Assembly (NCBI RefSeq): GCF_006345805.1 | Contig: NC_042997.1 | Location: 39,990,001-40,054,000, forward strand | Reading direction: 5' to 3' | Length of the DNA: 64,000 nucleotides | From: Octopus sinensis | Lineage: Eukaryota | Part shown: positions 1 to 12,513 of the stretch, piece by piece | Position numbering within the stretch: position 1 is the stretch's first letter | Layout: the number at the start of each line of letters is the position of its first letter | Translations under genes and position numbers: made by a program | The notes under the pieces: model-generated | The model's database searches: none | What the model saw: only the letters and a program-made list of their open reading frames with translations | Told to the model about the DNA's origin: nothing

Positions 1-471
1 TGCAATAAAGAAACACTTTATTCAAATGGCTCTGAGGAAGCTGTAAGATGTTGCACTGGCACTTAATACTGGGTGCATGGTTTCTTATCAAAGAAACTAC
101 TGCAAGCTAATGAAAGTGATTACAAAACTTTGCTTTCGTTTTTGTCATTCATTTTAAATCAATATTACACTCTGTAATGTCCTGCTGGTTTAGTGTAAAT
201 TATAAGTATTGCTAGTTCTAACAACTGGTTTTCAGTATCACAATAGCTAACCCTAAGCGATTTCATTTTGTATGTTTGAAAAGGTTTAACGAAAGCCATC
301 ACACACTAGAAAAAAAAACTTCTTCTCTAAAAAGGCTAGTAACATCCTCATAAAAGATTTCATAACATGCTTTTGAAACATATTTTTTTAAAAAATCACC
401 TTTATACTTCAAAAACTGTATTAAATAATCCTCATAGACTTTCAAATATATATATATATAATATATATATA

Positions 472-521
472 TATTTGGCGATTTTGGCCACTACTCGAAT
501 TTCACGTTATGCGAATTTCAC

Positions 522-554
<33 letters not shown>

Positions 555-594
555 TTGGTGATTTTGGCCACTACTCGAATTTCACGTTGTGCGA
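472..594. repeat. Short tandem duplication (43-bp unit, 80-bp period) separated by (TA)n
   Basis: tatttggYgattttggccactactcgaatttcacgttRtgcga at 472-514 and 552-594. Confidence 0.85.
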
Positions 595-994
595 TCGTTC
601 AGCTGAATATTTTTTCTTGTACAATCTTTAAAATTCCTTTGTTCTTGCAGAAGTATTACATAATAAATTCCTTTTTTTATTTTTTAACAATTATTATTTG
701 ACAGAGATTTGACGCGATCTATTGATGCATTTGATTCCGTGTGTAGCTGTAGCTAATTTTTGTATTATTCATATTGAAAAAAAAAACATATAATACGTAT
801 GGTTGGGTGGAAAATGCTAAATGATTAACACAAATTAATCTTTCACATATTGATTGGTACAGTTAGGCTGAAGACCAGGTTCAAATTAAAGTCTTTTTAG
901 CTTCTATTTCTGAAATTTTGATTCATTTGCTTAACATTAAGCATGAACACTAACGAAACACCGTTATAAAAAAGAGGGGTCGGATTTCTCTTTT

Positions 995-1220
995 CTCTCT
1001 CTTTTTACTTGTTTCAGTCATTTGACTGCGGCCATGCTGGAGCACCGCCTTTAGTCGAGCAAATCGACCCCGGGACTTATTCTTTGTAAGCCCAGTACTT
1101 ATTCTATCGGTCTCTTTTGCCGAACCGCTAAAGGACGGGGACGTAAACGCACCAGCATCGGTCGTCAAGCAATGCTAGGGAGACAAACACAGACACACAA
1201 GCACACACACACACACATAC

Positions 1221-1254
<34 letters not shown>

Positions 1255-1440
1255 ATATATATATATACATATATATACGACAGGCTTCTTTCAGTTTCCG
1301 TCTACCAAATCCACTCACAAGGCATTGGTCGGCCCGGGGCTATAGCAGAAGACACTTGCCCAAGATGCCACGCAGTGGGACTGAACCCGGAACCATGTGG
1401 TTCGTAAGCAAGCTACTTACCACACAGCCACTCCTGCGCC
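995..1440 (-). mobile_element. tRNA-derived SINE family 1 with internal (CA)n/(TA)n microsatellite
   Basis: Minus-strand head GGCGCAGGAGTGGCTGTGTGG (A box)...GGTTCAGTCCC (B box), then CTTGGGCAAGTGTCTT; tail GCTCCAGCATGGCCGCAGTCAAATGACTGAAACAAGTAAAA; more than 10 copies in the window. Confidence 0.9.
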
Positions 1441-1639
1441 TATCCTGCGATTGAGTATTATTTTGAGAGGATAAATTACTTATGCCAGAGAGTTGTACTT
1501 TGTTGGGTTGGGTGGTTAGAATTCACGTCGCCCAAAGTTTATGGAGCATGAAATACGGTCAGCGACGAAAGCCTCTGTTCACCATCAATTGAGTATTATC
1601 TTCCGTTTTCATTTATCAACCTAACTCATGGACCATGAG

Positions 1640-2083
1640 TATAATGTTAGGGTGTTAGGGTTAGGATTTTAGGGTTAGGGTTAGAGTTTTAGGGTTAGGG
1701 TTAAGGTTTTAGTATTAGGGTTGTCATAAATAACAGTGACAAACGAAATATACAGCGCCGGAAGTTCTTGTTGACAAACAACAGCAGTAATTTTAGTCAG
1801 CTGAATACACGTCATTGATTGGTTGAAATTACCGAAACACTACAACTTCAACGTGAAATAACTTCCTAAATATAAGCTTTTCTCAAAAACGCTGAGAGTA
1901 AAAGATGTATTATATACACATTATACCAGTGTTCGAAGTTTGAAAGTGCTTAGTTACAAAAAAAAAATATTTTTAAAATCTGTCTGTCAAAATGTAAAGA
2001 TCTACAACCTTTTTACTTGTCTGATTTTTGCTACCCTGGTAACTATTTATCTATTTTCCGTGTTAATTGTAAACAAGGGGAAA

Positions 2084-2110
<27 letters not shown>
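1640..2110 (+). repeat. Left arm of ~470-bp long inverted repeat, starting with a telomere-like array
   Basis: Reverse complement of 3941-4405 along its whole length, with few substitutions. Confidence 0.95.
1647..1722 (+). repeat. Degenerate TTAGGG/TTTTAGGG interstitial telomere-like array
   Basis: ttagggttaggattttaggg ttagggttagagttttaggg ttagggttaaggttttagta: 20-bp higher-order unit. Confidence 0.9.
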
Positions 2111-2151
<41 letters not shown>

Positions 2152-3334
2152 CAAACTTTTGTGTGTGCGTGTGTGTGTGTGTGTATATTTATAATTATAT
2201 GTATATGTATGTGTGTGTACATATACATTTAAACATCTGTATATACACACGAGTGAATATATATATGTAAATGTATACACACACATACAGGTACTTATGT
2301 ATACACTCACACAAATACGTTTTGGATTTAACAAACAAGAAAAAAGTATACTCAATGATAGTGGTAGAGTATTTTCTTATGAAACTAGTGATTCCTTTAA
2401 TTACTTCTCTCGCTGGATGTGATGTTTCAGACGATAACAGAAATAAGGCTTCATACGAAATCACCATAGGATGGTCCGTGAATTACTTTCTTTAGATGTC
2501 ATATGGTTTGATTATGATATAACTTAGTGTAAGTTGGAATAGAAACAAATGAGTAAATGTGTGTTCATGTTGTCTATAGGGGCAGGAATTACAATAGATC
2601 TCATTTGCCATTCATACTCGTTGTTGTTTAAAAAAATGCTTTCAGAACGTATTTTCTGTGAAATTTTCAAAATTAAAAATTCGCTATCATTAAATATATC
2701 ACACTGAGATGGAAAAAGGAAGACCTTTAAAATAGGAAGCTGTTATATGCTAGCAATTCCAATTAAAAATTTTCTTTTGCTTCCTGAAAGTCAAGTGGCT
2801 GATGTTAAAATCAACGACTTCAGACATCATTGTTAAAATGAGAGCTGATTTCTATAATAAAGTGGATAATAATTTCATTAATGTTCAACAGACGAATGTA
2901 TTTGAACATTAATATTGATTTCTAGAATAGTCACGAATCCACAGATATTAGGGGGAAATATAGTCTGTTAAATTGACTTGGGTCTGTTATCGACCTTGGA
3001 AAATGGAATACAAAGTTGAGTGATATTATAAATGAATAACGCGACTAAGATATTTGTAGTAGTTAAAATATGGATTAAAAATATTAATGTTTCGCAGCTA
3101 AAATATAAAATAATGTTAATCTTAACTGAACGAAACTTAAATTAAATGGCTACTTACCAGAAGAATAAAGTGTGCTGAAATATCTAGATACCTTTACAGA
3201 AAGTAATGAGTCTTAGAAAAGGAATTTAATGAAGGATTACAGACGGTTACTCAAATTACAAAAATGCTTTCGAGTGTATAGAAAACATAAAGACTGAAAT
3301 AATAATATCTTATTTTTGGTTATTTCTTTTCACT

Positions 3335-3535
3335 ATAGGCGGCACAAGGCGAGACATTTTGGAAGAAGGCTAGTCAACTTCCTTGATCCTAGTGTTAAAT
3401 TGGTACTTATTTTATCGACCCCCGCCAAAAATGAAATGTAAAGTCGACTGCGGCAGAAATTGAACTTAGAACGTAGAGCCAGAAAAAATGTCGCTATATA
3501 TTTTTGTCAGGCGTGCTTGCGATCCTGCCACGTCA
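3335..3535 (-). mobile_element. SINE family 3, degraded copy
   Basis: ggtacttattttatcgaccccc...aaagtcgactgcggcagaaattgaacttagaacg matches family-3 core. Confidence 0.75.
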
Positions 3536-3885
3536 CCGTTTTATCTCACTTTTAACAATAATATTATTTGCAACGGGTAAAGAAAGAAATATTTCCTAAC
3601 TAAATGACGGATTTGTTTAAACAAAGCACCTCCAAAATTACTTCATGTGTTGTTATTTTATACAAAGAGCTTCTACAAGTTCTCACCAGTCTGGTTTTTT
3701 CTATGCGGCACTCAGTTGTGATCTATTCATCGCATGTGTATTGTTCTCAGTTAAGCAGGGTATAAAGCTCTTCTCCTGGTACATTGGAATGCAAATGATA
3801 GCGATTAACATAACATAACAGCTGGTTTCAGGCTGGGAGTGAAGTATATGGGCAAACTGTGACTATCTACTTCTTTATTCACACA

Positions 3886-3940
<55 letters not shown>

Positions 3941-4405
3941 GTGTGTGTGTGTGTGTGTATTTTCCCCTTGTTAACAAATAACACGGAAAATAGCTAAATA
4001 GTTACCAGGGTAGCAAAAAATCAGACAAGTAAAAAGGTTGTAGATCTTTACATTTTGACAGACAGATTCAAAAAATATTTTTTTTTGTAACTAAAACACT
4101 TTCAAACTTCGGACACTGGTAGAATGTGTATATAATACATCTTTTACTCTCAGCGTTTTTGAGAAAAGCTTATATTTAGGAAGTTATTTCACGTTGAAGT
4201 TGTAGTGCTTCGGTAATTTCAACCAATCAACGACATGTATTCAGCTGACTAAAATTACTGCTGTTGTTTGTGAACAAGAACTTCCGGCGTTGTATATTTC
4301 GTTTGTCACTGTTATTTATGACAACCCTAACACTAAAACCTTAACCCTAACCCTAAAACTCTAACCCTAACCCTAAAATCCTAACCCTAACACCCTAACA
4401 TTATA
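3941..4405 (-). repeat. Right arm of long inverted repeat
   Basis: Reverse complement of 1640-2110. Confidence 0.95.
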
Positions 4406-4490
4406 ACCCTAACCCTAACCTTAAAACCCTAACCCTAAAACCCTGATCCTAACTCCAAAACCCTAACCCTAAAACCTTCAACCTAAAACC
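4324..4490 (-). repeat. Degenerate CCCTAA/CCCTAAAA telomere-like array
   Basis: Direct reading; flanked by ~30-bp inverted motif ataaataacagtga(c)aaacgaaa at 4293-4322 and 4515-4540. Confidence 0.9.
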
Positions 4491-4614
4491 AATACAAACG
4501 CACGAACGATATCATAAATAACAGTGAAAACGAAAATACATCGTCGATAGTTTCTCTTCTTTCAGGACTGTTCTAAGGACTGGACGTATCATATATCTCT
4601 CTCTCCCATCTCTT

Positions 4615-4960
4615 CTCTTGTCAAAGAAAATATTTCTTCAGCGTTCGCTGCTTTACCCTCGTTCTGGTTTAATGACTCTCCATGTTCATTTTCGTTCGGT
4701 TTCGTTGTATGACTCCACTGTCCTATTTTTGTTCCCAAATTTGACTCCCCATAAATCCCAAATTTATTTCCGTACTTATGGGAGCAACTGTCATCGAAAA
4801 CTCATATTGTCGTAAAATGCACAAAATAAGGAGCCGACAACTGATGAAGGGTCGTTCTTTATGTTAATTGTCTTGTTTCCCATTTGTTGCTCTCGTTTGC
4901 GTATTGAACTGATTTGTTTTCACATTTCATGTTGTTTACTGTTGGTGACGTCATGTACCC
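4615..4960 (+). mobile_element. Possible Penelope-like pseudo-LTR remnant
   Basis: T-rich body with CTGATGAAGGG at ~4841; weak similarity to the reverse complement of the 5224-5563 repeat. Confidence 0.3.
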
Positions 4961-4974
4961 ATATATTTATATGA

Positions 4975-5005
4975 AGGCATATATATACGTATATACACAC
5001 ACATA

Positions 5006-5042
<37 letters not shown>

Positions 5043-5223
5043 TTATATATGTATATTTGTATAAATATGTATATATATATATATATGTATATATATTTAT
5101 ATATGTATATACATGTATATATATATGTATATATATGTATATATATATCTGTATATATATATGTATATATCTGTGTATATATATGTGTATATATATGTAT
5201 ATATGTATGTATATATATATATA

Positions 5224-5226
<3 letters not shown>
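4975..5226. repeat. Compound (TA)n/(TATG)n microsatellite
   Basis: Direct reading; explains the YI-repeat ORFs. Confidence 0.95.
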
Positions 5227-6427
<1,201 letters not shown>

Positions 6428-6879
6428 GTACATATATTATTACAAATTTAGGATTTTACCAATAGAACTGCAACTCCTATTTCAGGATGACCTTATTATA
6501 TGGAATATACATAGAAAGTTATATCCAATAAAATAATAATGATGAAATAATGTGAGCTTTTAAAAAAGCCAACTATAAAATACAATAAATTTATTTGAAA
6601 AAATATTTGAAACAATATATATAGCTTACCTGTTATTAGTCTGTGGGGAAAGAAGCTATTTTTTACCAACACTACACGTATTTCTGCGCTGGTGGGGTGT
6701 TTATTAAGGCTATACCTAATACATAAATCCATCATTGTTATTATTATTAACGGATCAAAGCTAAAAATATCTATTATAAGTCATATTAAATCAAAAAATA
6801 AGAATATGAATAAAAATATAATATATATAGATTACAAACATATTTTTAAAAATTAAAAAAATTAAAAAGTTAGACACCT

Positions 6880-7120
6880 AATATTACAATACCGATATAT
6901 ATAGAAAATGCTATATTATAAACACATCAAATCCTACACGCTATCTATATAAACATTACGGGAATTAATAATTTAGTGTAAGATTTACCCCTGTCTATAC
7001 ATGCATAAATTATAAATTTATTGAATAAAACTAGTAAAAACATCTAGAAAAAAATAACAAAGGAAGAATGCTTATCGACATAATATTTACTCCTCCTCTT
7101 TCCTCTGTAAATGGCTGTTC
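6880..7120 (+). pseudogene. Penelope RT thumb/linker-like remnant
   Basis: Hand translation TDIYRKCYIINTSNP and IIFTPPLSSVN resembles the YRKP..YI..SNHP and IIWFNPPFS.NV motifs of Penelope ORFs. Confidence 0.45.
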
Positions 7121-7499
7121 CCCCTGTTATGCGTTAAGTATTATGGGAATAACATAAAGAAAATAAAATGCTCTGAAAAATTCTCTGAGACTAATGATGT
7201 TAGAGAGGCTGAATTCAAGGGGAGATAACAACTAGAAATATGTCATACTCTTAAATCTAGCTGTCACTAGATTTTTTTTATAGTGTTTAAGATTTAGAGA
7301 TTTATGTTAGATTAAATGTGGCCTGTCTATTCCATTTTAAGGTAATATTTTTAAAATAAATTCTTGGTTCCTGGTATACCTGTATCTAATACTACTATAA
7401 AATTCTATTATAACTACATTTAACTATCTTCCTCATAATTGTTTAAGAGATTACATACTGGGGGGAGTTATAATTTTATATATTTTTCATTTTATAATA

Positions 7500-7900
7500 C
7501 GTAAAGTTATTCTAATGTCAGCATTTTAATCCTCTCTCTTCAATACTGTTCAGTAATATCTCTCTCGGCTGGAGTATTTCATAAACTCTGTTGTGCATAA
7601 TAAGCACATTTTATTACCTATTCTGTATGACTTTGCTCTACAAATGATATTCCAATTAAGGGTGTATTCTATTTTATTAGATTTCAACTCACATATGTAT
7701 TTACTTAGACCTGTCGAATTTATTACTTTGGGATTTTTGAAGGACTGATAAAGCTGGGAAATTCTTTTAATTTCGTTCTCTGTGGATCCTATATATTATT
7801 TCTTCTTATTATTATTAGAGGTTAATGTACATTTATAAATTACGTTATCTAAGTTGCAATTACTACTAAATCTACATTTGTCTTTACATGTGCATTTATT
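7500..7900 (-). pseudogene. Penelope-type GIY-YIG endonuclease remnant
   Basis: Hand translation NKCTCKDKCRFSSNCNLDNVIYKCTLTSNNNKKK*YIGSTENEIKRISQLYQSFKNPKVINSTGLSKYICELK then WNIICRAKSYRIGNKMCLLCTTE; has a stop and frameshifts. Confidence 0.88.
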
Positions 7901-8025
7901 TGAATTAAAAATTTTTTTTAATTTTTAAAAATATATTCGTAATTTATATATTTTATTATATTTTTATTCATATTCCTATTTTTCTATTTAATTTGACTTA
8001 TATTATGTATTTTTAACTTTGATCC

Positions 8026-8027
<2 letters not shown>

Positions 8028-8102
<75 letters not shown>
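8028..8102 (+). repeat. (AAT)n microsatellite
   Basis: Direct reading. Confidence 0.95.
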
Positions 8103-8393
8103 AAGATAAATAGCCTGAGAGCGCACTGGTGGATTTATGTATTAGGTATAGCCTTAATAAACATCGCACCAGCACAGAAACAACGTGTAGCGTTGATTAA
8201 AAATACCTTCTTTCCCCACTGACTAATAATAGGTACGTTATACATTTTGTTTCAAATATTTTTCAAATAATTTTATTGTATTTTATAGTAGGTTTTTTAA
8301 ATGCTTATGTTATTATTATTACTTTATTGGATGTAACTTTCAATGTGTATTCCATATAATAAGGTTATCCTGAAATAGGAGTTGCGGTTCTAT

Positions 8394-9294
8394 TGGTCGA
8401 GCATTGTCATGAAGAATCATTGGCTCTCATCTGTTGACCACCCTGAAACAGAGAGCTAGCAGTGTTTCGTTCATTTTGGCATTTTCATAGCAATATGTTT
8501 CTGCAGTAATGGCTTTTCTGGCTTTCAAGAAGTTATAGTGGACGAGTCCAGCAGTACACCATCAAACATTCACCATAACCTTCTTCTTGAAGAGCTCAGG
8601 TTTAGGTAAGGTTTTCGGTGCTTCATTTTGGTCCAACTACTGCGAAGAACGTTTATTATTATTATTGTACAGAATCCACTTTTCATCGCAAGTTACAATA
8701 CGTCGAGAAATGGATCGATCTGATTACGGAGAAGAAGCGACGGGCAAATTTCATATCTGCGCATTTTCTGATTTTCATTCAAATCGTGTGGCACGCATTT
8801 GTCGAGCTTTTTTGATTTTCCGATCGCATGCAAATGGTTGCAGGCAGTTTTCTAGCTAACTTGAAGTTCTTTTACCAGTTTTCGAGTGGGTTTACATGAA
8901 TCTTTCTCAATGATGGTCTTTCAATTGACCGTCATCGATGACAGATGGGCGTCCACTACGCTCACGATCTCCAAGGCTCAGGTATCCACTGCGAAATCGT
9001 TTAAACCATTTTTGAGCTGACCACTCAGTGGTCATTTCCTCACTAAACGTTTTGTTTTTATCGCGAGCAGTTTCAGCTGCTTTTTTGAAGTTGAATAGCA
9101 ATCGCGCTTTGACAGTTCCATTTCAGATGATTGTAACAACGGTGAAAGAAATATCAATGTTAATTCATTGATGCATTTAGGCATGTCTATATCTGTATTA
9201 TCAGTCAATTGCCCAAAAATTTCAAAACTCTACAAAAATCCGGTCCAAATCCTTCATGGTTCAAACCATTGCTTACTTTTTACTTAACATGATA
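8394..9294 (-). mobile_element. Mariner (DD34D) transposon relic, 3'-truncated
   Basis: KWFKRFRSGYLSLGDRERSGRPS (HTH), IVTCDEKWILYNN, KKVMVNVWW and LHDNARP motifs; TIR-like left end next to TA at ~9294. Confidence 0.92.
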
Positions 9295-9329
9295 CATACA
9301 TACATACACACATATATATATACATATAT

Positions 9330-9361
<32 letters not shown>

Positions 9362-9412
9362 GTGTATATGTATGTATGTATGTATGTGTGTATATATATA
9401 TATATGTATATA

Positions 9413-9476
<64 letters not shown>

Positions 9477-9495
9477 TTATATTTATATACATACT
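9295..9495. repeat. Compound (CATA)n/(TA)n microsatellite
   Basis: Direct reading. Confidence 0.95.
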
Positions 9496-9961
9496 ACATT
9501 TACATGTATGAATCAAGCCATTTGGTCCCAATGTTCTTCGTAATACTCAATTTCCAACGACTATAAAACGATTAGTTATTTTCTGATTGCTATGACATGC
9601 TTATTGTCCATATATTAAAATTCTTCCACTCCTTGTGTTACTTCTTTAAATCTTTCATTAAGTTCATTCCCCTCAAACTCATTCTATTTGACTTCTTTGG
9701 TGAGTGTCCATTTCATGAAATTTCTTCTATCGGCCAGCTCAGTTCTCATCATTTTACTCCTATTGTTGTAGTTTCCATGTTTTACAACTGCCAAACACTT
9801 TCCACAAATCATTTAAATTCTTTCTCTTTCATCTATGATTGTTGACATTGTTTATTAAAACAGCGATCAAAGTAGGTAACAGAGCATCACGCTGCACCAT
9901 TCCATTCCATTCTATTCCGAAATAAATATATTTGGAAGCCGACTCTCTATACTTACTCAGT

Positions 9962-10336
9962 GGAGGCGCAATGGCCCAGTGGTTAAGGCAGCGGACTCGC
10001 GGTCATAGGATCGCGGTTTCGATTCCCGGACTGGGCGTTGTGAGTGTTTATTGAGCGAAAACACCTAAAAGCTCCACGAGGCTGCGGCAGGGATGGTGGT
10101 GATCCCTGCTGTACACCACAACTTTCTCTCACTCTTACTTCCTGTTTCTGTTGTACCTGTATTTCAAAGGGCCGGCCTTGTCACTCTCTGTGTCACGCTG
10201 AATATCCCCGAGAACTACGTTAAGGGTACACGTGTCTGTGGAGTGCTCAGCCACTTACACGTTAATTTCACGAGCAGGTTGTTCCGTTGATCGGATCAAG
10301 CGGAACCCTCGTCGTCGGAACCGACGGAGTGCTTCC
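9962..10336 (+). mobile_element. tRNA-derived SINE family 2, tail type A
   Basis: Head GGAGGCGCAATGGCCCAGTGG...GGTTTCGATTCC; 13-bp TSD atacttactcagt at 9949-9961 and 10337-10349. Confidence 0.93.
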
Positions 10337-11689
10337 ATACTTACTCAGTATTTGCTTTCTCAATATATCACACCCGTTAGATCGACATACTTTTTTGCAA
10401 ACCATAGTACAGAATATCTCCCATGCTGTAACCCTGTAACCTTATGTACTCCGACAAAAGCATTTTAAAAGTCTAAGACAGACTGTCTTATTTTAATGTA
10501 TCATTACCAAAAACCGTCTGATTCCGATGTATTATATACTATGACAGTAAAAATATCAGGTCATTTCGCCTTCCCGATTTCAGGAAGCCAGCTTGCTCAT
10601 TCCTTTATACATTTTCCGATGAAATCTGTATCATATTTAGTTTCAACTCTATGCTGCTTAAGATTATACTTCTCCAATTGTCACACTATTTTTGTATCCC
10701 AGTCAGTACACCAAATGTTCAGATATCTGTTCATTATTGTATATATTAAGAAACCTGACGCTGAAACAAGAGATTGACGTAAAAGAAGTTGGTGTATGTG
10801 TTCTAAATACCGACACGTAGATTGGTTCCTCATTATATGGAGCGAAGAAATGCAACATTAATGGTCAGAGATATGGGTAAGGAGGTAGTTTCATGGCTGA
10901 CCTTACTTTCTCAAAACAGCACAGAGAGGTCTTGAGAGAACTATCGATCCAGAAAAATATGAGTCATGAGTTGGGATGTACTTGCAAATATTCCCGAGTT
11001 CCATAAACCTGTCTAGGAGCTATACTCAATTGAGAGGGTTCAATGTTGAAATTGTTGAAGGTTCAGGCTTAGTAGCGAAACTCATACTAGAAATTTCTAC
11101 CCATAAAAGAGAAAAAAAGAAATGGAAAAAAAGACAAGGATAGTAAATATCGGTAGAAGCAACAATAGAAGGTCCATGAGGAGCAAAACACTGGTGCGTA
11201 GAACAAAGCTGATGCTTTTCTCTCACTCCTGCCAGTCAAGAAATGGTAAAAAAACAAATGGAGTTGTCTTTTTTACTTTACCATTATCATAAATATTAGC
11301 CTTGGAGTTGATGCTTCAAATCATAAAATTAAATCTTCCTACAGAAAAAATCAGGTGGAAGGGGAAGAGGTGGATTTGGGACGGGGCGGAAACCCGATAA
11401 CGGAAAGAAAAAGTATGTCTAGCTGGGATGACGACAGTTATCGCTGTTCGTCAACAGTTCTTCAACTTCACAGTTGTTTGTAAGAAGAACGTAAAGTTGA
11501 AGAGCAAAATATAATAAAAACAATCCAGTGCCAAGTCGAAACCTCTTTTAAAGAATAATGCTGAACCCTTCTCGGAAGGTGTGGAAAACAGAAAAACTTT
11601 GTTGTAGCCCCGAGAAACTTCTCGAACTTCTCGGAAAAAAGAACTGAAAAAGCTCCATATAAGTACTCTCATATTTCATGGTCTTTTAG

Positions 11690-11870
11690 TCTGCTACAAA
11701 AATGTCAATATGAGACGTTTGAATGTTTCTGGTATGGACTTAGATGTGCTCACTATTAGCGAGACTAGAATGTCCGATACGCTCATTTCTCACAGCCGAT
11801 TACGTGGTGTGCACATCTTTTGGTTGGCCGAGTCGTATAAAGGGAGCTGTGTTGAAGGATGAGCATTAGA
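11690..11870 (+). pseudogene. Apurinic-type endonuclease remnant of an old LINE (RTE/L2-like)
   Basis: Hand translation CYKNVNMRRLNVSGMDLDVLTISETRMSD...HIFW matches the D(I/V)LxxSET motif. Confidence 0.5.
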
Positions 11871-12208
11871 TGTTATAATAATCTTTGAAAACACAGAAGA
11901 CAGATACGTGGTCATAGGTGTGAGAAGCGGCTAAGGTGCAGGCTAGAGGAAAGGACGGCCAGGCTTCTTCAGACGCGTAGATGTTGTTGAGCGATATGTA
12001 CCCAGATATCTTTCTGCACAGATCTCGCCCATTAATATTTATAGGTGACTAGAATGATGATGTATACTATCTAGAGGTTGTGGGACTAACAGTTAGGAGA
12101 GATGGCCACAGAGCTTTTAAATCTCAAACGTTTCTGGCTGATTGATAGATATCAATTGGATTACGCAATGCAGTGTGTACAGTTTTTTTTATTGATACAT
12201 TTATATAT

Positions 12209-12513
12209 CACGCGATCACGTGACCGACAAGACCATCAGATGTTGCTACACATCGCTGGTCACAATGCGTTCGCATTGTTTTAGCCTTCGAATGACGCCA
12301 CCCCGCTGGCTAAGCGAGCAGGCCAACAGAAGAAAGAGTGAGAGAAAGAGTGGTGAAAGAGTACAGCAGGGATCACCACCCCCTGCCGGAGCTTCGTGGA
12401 GCTTATAGGTGTTTTCGCTCAATAAAAACTCACAACACCCGGTCTGGGAATCGAAACCGCGATCCTACGACCGCGAGTCCGCTGCCCTAACCACTAGGCC
12501 ATTGCGCCTCCAC
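12209..12513 (-). mobile_element. SINE family 2, tail type B
   Basis: Same head as 9962; 12-bp TSD acatttatatat at 12197-12208 and 12514-12525. Confidence 0.93.

Larger units (their letters stand above)
6459..8397. mobile_element. Penelope-like element remnant with ~270-bp inverted terminal repeats
   Basis: 6459-6732 is a diverged reverse complement of 8128-8397; interior holds GIY-YIG (minus) and RT-thumb-like (plus) remnants. Confidence 0.8.

Noticed and set aside
2195-2495. Possible exon inside the foldback spacer (SYEALFLLSSETSHPAREVIKG...)
   Set aside because: In-frame stop just upstream, no convincing splice sites and no recognised homology.
1647-4490. True telomere or telomere-fusion site
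   Set aside because: The arrays are short, degenerate, have a 20-bp period and are separated by 2.6 kb.
4841-4860. CTGATGAAGGG as a hammerhead core
   Set aside because: No downstream helix II or GAAA.
9962-10035. tRNA-like sequences (also the heads of families 1 and 3)
   Set aside because: SINE heads: A and B boxes are present, but cloverleaf stems do not pair and they continue into repeat bodies with TSDs.
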